Shown: one piece after another, positions 1 to 6,213 of the stretch
Layout of the letters: each line of letters starts with the position of its first letter
Position numbering within the stretch: the stretch's first letter is position 1
DNA from: Amoeboradix gromovi X-113
Lineage: Eukaryota; Fungi; Sanchytriomycota
NCBI GenBank assembly: GCA_018985225.1
Contig: JADGIF010000599.1
Coordinates: 1 to 6,213 of the forward strand
Direction of reading: 5' to 3'
DNA length: 6,213 nucleotides
Program-made: the position numbers and the translations under genes
Notes under the pieces: model-generated
What the model was told of the DNA's origin: nothing
What the model saw: the letters and a program-made list of their open reading frames with translations, nothing else
Database searches by the model: none

Positions 1-214
1 GAAATAAAGATTGGATGAAAGAGTAAGAGAATAGCTGTACAGAATATTTATTTTTGAAATTCGATACAAAAAGTTATTTACTTTCCTTTTATACTCGTCA
101 ACTCCGCAACTAGCTGAATGTGCACTCGCCTTTTAAATCCATAAAGTAATAAAGCTGAAATAATGTTCCAAGTTGGTACAGAAAGTTAGTCCAGTTTTTA
201 TATTTGATGTCCCA
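1..214. repeat. Left copy of a long inverted repeat (partner at 5998-6129)
   Basis: Manual alignment to the reverse complement of 5998-6129: 1-50 (46/50), 81-141 (57/61, with a perfect 40-mer at 82-121) and 194-214 (19/21). The left copy has 30-bp and 52-bp segments absent on the right. The match runs off the window edge at base 1. Confidence 0.95.
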
Positions 215-324
215 GATGTAGAAATAAGGCCACTGTTTCAATAATTGCTTTGATTTGGTGGGTTACCATCTTTCTAAGCTAAATGTCAACAAGTTACTTT
301 TACACTGAATACTAGCGTTTGCAT
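1..324 (-). other. Possible spliced gene or pseudogene 5' part, unknown product
   Basis: ATG at 324-322 (MQTLVFSVK). Removing GT-AG segments 297-279 and 266-248 (19 nt each, or one 50-nt intron 297-248) enters an open frame QLLKQWPYFYIWDIKYKNWTNFLYQ...CTFS*. A further frame (CGVDEYKRKVNNFLYRISKINILYSY...) is open to the window edge. No family recognised. Confidence 0.3.
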
Positions 325-430
325 TTTAGATTGGTATATGACGCGAATGCGCTTTACAGATTCCAAAATATGCTTCTAAAGATAAGTGTCTGAGAAAGGT
401 TGGGACTACAAAATTAAAATTCTCCTTGAA

Positions 431-1057
431 ATGCTGCTACTCTCACAATTACCAGTAGAAGTTATAGAAAAGATTTTCATATACTCCAACAACCCTAATA
501 TGTCTATCGGATGCAAAAAACTACACAACTCAACTAGGACAACTCTTTATTTGCAAAAATTGTATTGTAAAGCCAACTACAACTGTCGTTGTGAGGCCTT
601 AGCTTCTGTTGTCTACAAGAGGTTTGTTAATTCTAGAATACTTAGATTCATCTTATCTACTCTATGTCTTGCACATTTTGACCTACCACTTAAAGGACAT
701 CACATTCCTTTCTCTGTTATCAAGGACAAGAATTTATGCAACCAGCTGACGCAGTTGGGAGCAGTAAAGTATCACCCGATCTTATTCTGCAGAGCAATAA
801 ACTCTAATAATATTTCGTTAATAAAACGCATCTGTAAAAATGGTAACTCAATACCTAACAAATGCATATTTAGATACATAGAAAGTTTGCCTCATATTTC
901 CTTTGCTGTGTCAGTAAAAGACGCCATAGATCAGATGAATATTACAAAATCACAAAAGCGCATGTTAAAATTTCTTATTAAACATCTTAAGGACAATGAC
1001 TCTAAAAGAATTGCGTACGACAAAATGAAAGTACCTGGTGACTTAGCCTATATATAG
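431..1057 (+). CDS. F-box-like domain protein (208 aa), possible degenerate ankyrin-like repeat
   Basis: The first ATG of the ORF is at 431 (the track start at 386 is GTG). The N-terminus LSQLPVEVIEKIFIYSNNPNMSIGCKKL fits the F-box pattern LxxLPxE(I/V)lxxIF...l.vCK. ILFCRAINSNNISLIKRICKNG is ankyrin-like. Stop TAG at 1055-1057. Confidence 0.7.
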   Translation: MLLLSQLPVEVIEKIFIYSNNPNMSIGCKKLHNSTRTTLYLQKLYCKANYNCRCEALASVVYKRFVNSRILRFILSTLCLAHFDLPLKGHHIPFSVIKDKNLCNQLTQLGAVKYHPILFCRAINSNNISLIKRICKNGNSIPNKCIFRYIESLPHISFAVSVKDAIDQMNITKSQKRMLKFLIKHLKDNDSKRIAYDKMKVPGDLAYI

Positions 1058-1111
1058 CAATAAATGCGGTTGTTGTTCTTTGAAATTTTGTGATTTGCAA
1101 GTTTTTGGATT

Positions 1112-3230
1112 ATGAAACTCCACATTGTCAACACTTCAAAATGTAGTTCGCAAACTTCTGCTTACCTAAAGTCAATGAGAGATGAGGTCGATTTACTTCT
1201 TCTCAGCTGTTCCAAAAATAAAGCCAAAGCTAGTGTTATAAATTATATTATAGATCAATCTCAAATTGTCTTAGAGGACGTTGGTATCAATTCTGCTGGC
1301 AATTTTCTCGAAATGTTCAGTCAGCAGCTTAAGCATCACAACTCTGGTCTTATTCGCGGTAAAGTTCTTTCCAATGACTGTGATTTTTTTAATTGGGATT
1401 ATGAATGTTTTTTAAAATTCAAGGATGAAAACACTCATGCAAGTGGTATCCCTTTTCAAGAATGGTCAATTGAAGATTTGAGCTGTTCTGCAGTATTGAA
1501 CCTAGCTTTAAATGAATTGAGTGGCCATAAAATAATTATTTATTGTCGGAACTTCTTTGTGTCTAAGATGCTTTATTACATTTTTGTTAATCTACAAATA
1601 ATACAGAACGATTTAACCTATCTTGATGATCGTGACGAGCAACGCGATTCTTTTAACTCTTCTTTAGATGGTCTGTTGATTACTCATTTTGACGATCTCA
1701 ATTCCAAATCTTTTTCACCTTCCAAATTGATTCTCACAAGTCCTGTTTCCCATTTGAATTGGTGCAATGATGTCTATTACATTGTAAAAGATAGCGAAAT
1801 TGTTAAAACTCTGGATTGGATAACAAATGAGCCACAAGAAGGGGAGTGTATTGTTAAACCAAAAAATACCATCAATTCAAAAATTAAAACAGTTTTTTCA
1901 CTCAGTAAGTCTATACTTATGAATGCAATAGTTCAAGCATCGATTCCTACATCTAGCTCGGTCCTTTTAAATAGAAGACTAGAGTTCTCTAATTCTTGCT
2001 CTTTGCTAATTTCTCCAAATTCTACAGTTGCAATTATATATAGCGGGTCTTTTGACTTGAAGTGCCTAATTAATAATTCTGAGTACCGCTTGGTCGCGGT
2101 GGAGTTGGACAGTACGCAACTAAAAATAGTTCACGATTTTTCCAAGAACTGCGGGTTTAACATTTGTAAAGTTACTAGCAGTGAAATAAGCTACCCTTCT
2201 ATGTTACCACAGAACCTGAGCTTGCTCTCATACGGGTCTGAGTTGGTTAATATGACTATTAAACCATCCAATAACGCGCAAATCTCTGCATTGGAGTACG
2301 GATGGATAGAACAGCTAATAGTTCGTGTGACTGGACACAATCAACTGTTTACAGTCAATGGAGTCGCTGATACATTTAATGAAATTCTGGAATTACGCCT
2401 GACTGATTTTTGCGGAAATCAAATTGTTGCAAAAGCTGATGAAATTATACCGACATCGATATCCAGACAAGAACTTATGGATATAATACCTATCTTAGAA
2501 TGTCCAAAGCTAATAGGAGTATTTGCTGCCATGAAAACAATGAAAGTAAATATTCCTATTAATTTGAAACTAGTTGAGTCTGATATGAACATTGAGGTAG
2601 GCAAAATGCTAGCTAGTATGTACTCAGAGTGTGATAAAAAGTCAGATATTGAACTAAATGGACTGGGTTACCTGTACCTAAATTCCAAATTATGTCCATC
2701 TTTTAACGAGTACAAGCAGGTTGATATTAAATACTTCAATGAAATGAACAAGACTTTTCACACGAATTTTTCGTATCTTTGTGAAATGCCATCGGTCGAT
2801 GAATTTCAGTTTCTATTGTTGATGATTTGTAAAGTATTTAAAGACGTTGAAATTGGTAATAATAACTAATGTAGAGCAACTAAGATGCATAAAAAAGCCA
2901 GATGTGCCCGGCTATGAACTTGTTATATTGTTATACACTGTTTCTGATTTTGAAGAATTCAAAACCATCTTCAAAAAATGGTTGCAGTGTTTTGAATTCA
3001 AATATACAGATGAAAATGGAGTTAATTTCTACCTAAAGAAAATGCACGTTGATACAAAAAACAGTTTGCGCATCAATTCAAAACTTCCCAGTTACGCAAA
3101 TGTCAGGACTCAGCTATATTTAGGTGAGCAACTAGTCGCACAGGGGCAGGACGAGAAAAAGGTTTATGAAGATGTGTTCAGGGTTTTAAAAAGTAGTTTT
3201 AACGCCTCATCATTATTCACATTGAAGTAA
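1112..3230 (+). CDS. Degenerate Dicer-like protein, join(1112..2855,2875..3230), 699 aa, probably catalytically inactive
   Basis: The coding region is clear (585-aa plus 127-aa ORFs). Motifs occur in Dicer order: helicase-C-like KIIIYCRNFFVSKML (~1529) and EQRDSFNSSLDGLLIT; DUF283-like SKSILMNAIVQASIP...SLLISPNSTV (~1900-2030); RNase III-like ELNGLGYLYL (~2651; consensus RLEFLGDxxL) and SVDEFQFLLLMI (~2795; consensus ADxFEALIGAI); ILLYTVSDFEEFKTIFKKWL; dsRBD-like VRTQLYLGEQLVAQGQDEKK. The confidence value refers to the product call. Confidence 0.55.
2856..2874 (+). other. Putative 19-nt spliceosomal intron
   Basis: GTAATAATAACTAATGTAG has a GTAATA donor, CTAAT branch motif and TAG acceptor. 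It contains the ORF2 stop. Removal gives ...KDVEIE|QLRCIKK in the ORF3 frame. ORF3 otherwise starts only with TTG. Confidence 0.7.
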
Positions 3231-3292
3231 ATGAATCCAGTAATTAATCATGGCCAAGTCAATGTTAAGATGTGCTTATATTACAATTAGCA

Positions 3293-3420
3293 CCTCGTCA
3301 AAAGTTGAGATTTTCGCAACAATCAAGAAATTCCACAGAGAAAACGTAAAAGACACGACAGGTTGCCGATAAGTCCTCGTTAAATGTTCTGATTTCCGAG
3401 AAAATCGAGGGTTTCCACAG
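3293..3420 (-). repeat. Two 46-nt direct repeats (3420-3375 and 3338-3293), period 82 nt
   Basis: CTGTGGAAACCCTCGATTTTCTCGGAAATCAGAACATTTAACGAGG versus CTGTGGAATTTCTTGATTGTTGCGAAAATCTCAACTTTTGACGAGG, 34/46 identical without gaps. Confidence 0.8.
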
Positions 3421-3496
3421 AAACTAGCAACGTTAAATGCTCGTTGTAGTGACTGCTTACGCTTTCGCTGCCTTGAGGCGGTATTGAATTAGGATT
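3358..3496 (-). ncRNA. Putative omegaRNA (Fanzor/TnpB guide RNA scaffold + first guide)
   Basis: It lies directly 3' of the nuclease stop. Visible stems: GCC-UCAA-GGC (3479-3470), GC-GAAA-GC (3468-3461), ACUACAACG/CGUUGCUAGU (3450-3442/3432-3423, 9 bp with one bulge), and CCUC/GAGG enclosing GAUUU/AAAUC. The scaffold would end at ACGAGG (3375). Confidence 0.55.
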
Positions 3497-4320
3497 CTAA
3501 CACTTGAAGTATGCATTTCTTACTGCCATATGGTCTCGAACTATCTCCGAATGATACTTTGTACATGTGTAGGTTTCTAAATTGGGTTTCTTTAGAGTAC
3601 CAGACCTTGTACATGTTTTACTGTTAAGTGCTTCATCGTATTCAACCATAACTTTTCCTCTTTGTAGTTGAACTTCCAGTGTTCATTGAATGCATAATGA
3701 GACAAAGTTGTTTTTGTGATGACCGCACCATCTAATCTGTCAATTTTCAGCACGATTTAAGGTAAATGAGAGATATGCCATTGGTCAGAGATAACTGAAG
3801 ATTATTGGTGCACAACATGACATCCAATAATCAAGTTGCTCATTAAAATCGCTCAGCCAGTAGGGACAAAGTACTGGCTATAAAATATTGCGATTCCCTC
3901 AATAAATAGCTTATGACTTCTAGCGCAACTTCACCGCATTCGAACCAAACTTCTCCAGATCCGACTGAGGATCAGAACAAATTTCATCTCGCAGTTCCCG
4001 TCCATCTTTTGAAGATACGATTTTGTTCCTTGAAAGCTTAAAATTTATCAATCCAGTCTTCGTCTCCTTCTTCTTCTCCTCGTTGTTTGTGTACGCTTCT
4101 ACTTCCATGCTTTCGGCGGCAAAGTAGGTACAAACAGCCATAAGATTGTCTTTGAGTTTTCACTCTGGTCTTGACCCCTTTGATTGAGAACCAAGAGTTA
4201 GGTATTGAAGTGATCCCAGACTTGTTTAAACATCTCGAATCCTATCGACAACCTCTACCATTGTAGACAACTACAACTTTTGAGAAATTTCAAACATGAT
4301 TCATTCCAGTAGGGTTTTAT
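3497..4320 (-). pseudogene. tnpB: TnpB/Fanzor2 RNA-guided nuclease remnant, internally deleted; start not defined
   Basis: KTGLINFKLS/EQNRIFKRWTGTAR* (4028-3984; consensus YPTxEQkxxLxxWFGxARW). RuvC-I-like EVI/AIY*GNRNIL (~3920-3881). TLSHYAF (~3705). C-terminus RGKVMVEYDEALNSKTCTRSG...YTCTKYHSEIVRDHMAVRNAYFKC* (3661-3497) corresponds to ExYTSKTCxxCG...CxxC...DRDxNAARNI with two Cys lost. Only ~190 codons of core remain. Confidence 0.9.
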
Positions 4321-4660
4321 ATCTTTTGGTCTGAAATTGAGATCACTTGCAATGTCTTTAAGAACGATTGCGTTTGGAATATCTTTACGCAGAACTCAGA
4401 TCTGTGGTCCAAAATCCGTTTTTGCATTTTGGAGGAGACTCGCACATATAGGTTGCCTCTTTAGAAGTAGACACGGGAACACCAAGTGATCTTCGAGTTT
4501 CTTGTAAATTGCAAAGGTATCTTTTTCTTGCTGTTGAATGTGGTCCAAATTCTCAATGTTTGTGCCAGTTCCTCAACGCTGATTAGTGTATACTATAATT
4601 GTCAGCTGTTTTCTTAGATTTGACATATTCAGGATAACTACCTTTGATTCCGTTTGTCAT
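4038..4660 (-). pseudogene. tnpA: IS607-family TnpA (MerR-type HTH + serine recombinase), stops and frameshifts
   Basis: ATG 4660. EYVKSKKTADNYSIH*SALRNWHKH*E is the HTH (stops at 4585-4583 and 4555-4553). Then YVRVSSKMQK at 4448 (catalytic YARVSS motif), IPNAIVLKDIASDLNF at ~4380-4333, KVVVVYNGR, RLSIGFEMFKQVWDHFNT*LLVLNQ, LKDNLMAVCTYFAA and KHGSRS. Likely stop TAA 4040-4038. The motifs lie in different frames. Confidence 0.9.
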
Positions 4661-4998
4661 TTGTGAAAAGGAACAATATCGAGTATTTAAACCATTGCAA
4701 AATTTGGAAAATTAACGCAACTGGATAAAAATACTTACAGATTCTCGATAAATAATTTGTTTTACAAAATCTAATCACTGTTTATCAATGTAGAAGGATT
4801 TGATGGTATCTCTCAGTGATCCCTAAATCTTACATGTTCCCGCCGATATGACTCGAGCCCATTTTCCATAGATGAGAAGAACGGAATACCCTGCTTTTAT
4901 TCGATTAGTGAACCGAAGTGGGAAACAGTATTGAAAATATTAATTAACACGATCAAAATAAACGATTTATTAAAATAAAATAGATGGCTGTAAATCCA

Positions 4999-5829
4999 TC
5001 ACAGCTCCTTTCTATACTCACCACTGCATATAAATATTACGTTTTCATAAATCAAAAAGTTCAGAGCATGTAAAGGTATCGTCCTAAGCAAAGTAGGGCT
5101 CAAACCTCTGTATAAAAATGAATATGGCTTTCCTTCCTTCGATCGATGTTTTAACACACTAGACCAGCTAGTTTTGTACTTCAGAGCATTTCTTTGAATA
5201 TTAGACTTCACCACGTCGAGAGGAAATATTAATATCCATGCCAGGCTGCCACTCAGTGAACCAGATAACATAAATCTTTGCCAATTTAGAGTTTTATCCT
5301 TCAAATAATTATTAGAATACTCGTAAACACCAAAATAAGTGGTAGTGGCCAGTAAATCGCGACAAACTTGAGTTGGAAATCCGATGAAAAATCCGCGGAT
5401 TCCATACATTTTATGCAACGATTTTATTACGTTACTGGCTGACATTGTAGAAGTCTGCCTAACTACTTTAAAGCATTCAAAAGGTCCAATTAACAACGAA
5501 GATAACAAACCGCAGTATAGACCGCCAAAGAAAGATGCATAATTAGGGTTCCAGCCATAACTTCGATAAATATCTTTTCCAGATATGTACCAATGTATGG
5601 ACAAAGATCTGGTTACTGCAGCAGTAAAAAGAACCGGTATTATTCCTCTATATAGTGTCGCAAACCCATCTTTTTTTACGGTAAGTCTTAAACAATCTGA
5701 AAATGATCTATGATAAGAAACTTGCATCCTTGTTTTTATCACATCTAGAGGATATCCAAACGTCACAGACATCAATGCAGAACTAATAGAAGCTAAAGTT
5801 GTGCAATATTTTTTGTCTTCAAAATTCAT
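4999..5829 (-). CDS. Mitochondrial carrier family (SLC25) protein, carnitine/amino-acid carrier-like subgroup
   Basis: 276 aa with three Px[D/E]xx[K/R] signatures (PLDVIKTRMQ, PFECFKVVRQ, PLDVVKSNIQ) plus LYRG/FFIG/LYRG motifs. ATG 5829, TGA 5001-4999. The substrate class is an inference. Confidence 0.95.
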   Translation of the reverse strand: MNFEDKKYCTTLASISSALMSVTFGYPLDVIKTRMQVSYHRSFSDCLRLTVKKDGFATLYRGIIPVLFTAAVTRSLSIHWYISGKDIYRSYGWNPNYASFFGGLYCGLLSSLLIGPFECFKVVRQTSTMSASNVIKSLHKMYGIRGFFIGFPTQVCRDLLATTTYFGVYEYSNNYLKDKTLNWQRFMLSGSLSGSLAWILIFPLDVVKSNIQRNALKYKTSWSSVLKHRSKEGKPYSFLYRGLSPTLLRTIPLHALNFLIYENVIFICSGEYRKEL

Positions 5830-5997
5830 TCTAAATTATTTTCAAGGAGTTGAAATTACTTAATTTTAATTTAATAAATCATTTAATTTGATTACATTAC
5901 TTTCAAAGCTCAATCATCATTGTTATTATAATTTTCTAGTTGCATGAAGGCGCTATTTTCTTGCTTCTTGCCTGACAAATGTGCCCAAATTATCACA

Positions 5998-6129
5998 TGG
6001 GACATCAAATGTAAAAGCTGGATTTAAGAAGCGAGTGGACATTCAGCTAGTTGCGGAGTTGACGAGTATAAAAGGAAAATAAATATTCTGTACAGCTATT
6101 CACTTACTCTTTCATTTAGTCTTTATTTC
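5998..6129. repeat. Right copy of the long inverted repeat (partner at 1-214)
   Basis: The reverse complement matches 1-214 at 122/132 aligned positions. It may extend to 6213, but the partner sequence would lie outside the window. It overlaps a short ORF from ATG 5944 (MKALFSCFLPDKCAQIITWDIKCKSWI*) that shares WDIKxKxW with the left copy. Confidence 0.95.
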
Positions 6130-6213
6130 AAATAAAATATCACTATTACTCTGTAAAAACTAGAATAGATAAGAGTAATGATGTTAGTATAGCATTGCAA
6201 AATGACTCTAGAA

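Larger units (their letters stand above)
3293..4823 (-). mobile_element. Decayed eukaryotic IS607-like (TnpA + TnpB/Fanzor2) element; boundaries approximate
   Basis: A serine recombinase pseudogene is followed by a TnpB/Fanzor pseudogene and structured non-coding RNA-like sequence ending in GG, which is the IS607 architecture. The right end is at 3375 or 3293. The left end lies somewhere upstream of 4660, with a candidate TAGGG at 4825-4821. Confidence 0.85.

Noticed and set aside
340-352. ACGCGA (MCB/SCB-like) motif in the divergent intergenic region
   Set aside because: A single short imperfect site cannot be supported from sequence alone.
386-430. GTG start for ORF1 (and TTG start for ORF3 at 2847)
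   Set aside because: Bacterial-style starts in a eukaryotic context. The F-box motif begins right after ATG 431, and ORF3 is better explained as exon 2.
2419-2604. 61-aa minus-strand ORF
   Set aside because: Antisense shadow wholly inside the long Dicer-like ORF, with no recognisable motif.
3230-3293. Functional coupling of the Dicer-like gene and the convergent omegaRNA region
   Set aside because: Adjacency only; a chance insertion in a compact genome is sufficient.
3293-3420. True CRISPR array
   Set aside because: Only two copies at 74% identity, no cas genes and a eukaryotic context; treated instead as a duplicated transposon end or omegaRNA.
3920-4141. 73-aa ORF as an independent gene
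   Set aside because: A frameshift chimera: it starts in the TnpA C-terminal helix (MAVCTYFAA) and continues through Fanzor-region and out-of-frame sequence.
3497-4660. Stop-codon reassignment (e.g. TAA/TAG = Gln) explaining the broken frames
   Set aside because: The element also has TGA stops, many frameshifts and lost catalytic or Cys residues. Host ORFs have no internal TAR and end in TAG, TAA and TGA.
4842-4848. TATCGGC shared between candidate guide 1 and the upstream region
   Set aside because: Only a 7-nt match, not starting at the guide 5' seed; not significant.
6145-6179. Inverted repeat ATTACTCT/AGAGTAAT
   Set aside because: An 8-bp AT-rich stem with a 19-nt loop, plausible by chance and with no supporting context.

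Overview
AT-rich, gene-dense eukaryotic DNA (probably an early-diverging fungus or relative with a compact genome; inference). Host genes: an F-box-like protein (431-1057, +), a ~699-aa highly degenerate Dicer-like protein (1112-3230, +) whose two ORFs join in frame if a 19-nt GT-AG intron is removed, and a mitochondrial carrier (4999-5829, -). The ORF-poor middle (about 3293-4820, - strand) is a decayed eukaryotic IS607-like element. It carries a frameshifted MerR-HTH serine recombinase (TnpA) overlapping an internally deleted TnpB/Fanzor2 gene, followed by a structured omegaRNA-like region. The 3' end of that region occurs twice (two 46-nt copies, both ending ACGAGG, each followed by different sequence), like a two-guide mini-array. 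The window ends are inverted copies of one sequence (122/132 identical, two microhomology-bounded indels). All protein assignments are by-eye motif recognition; no searches were run.
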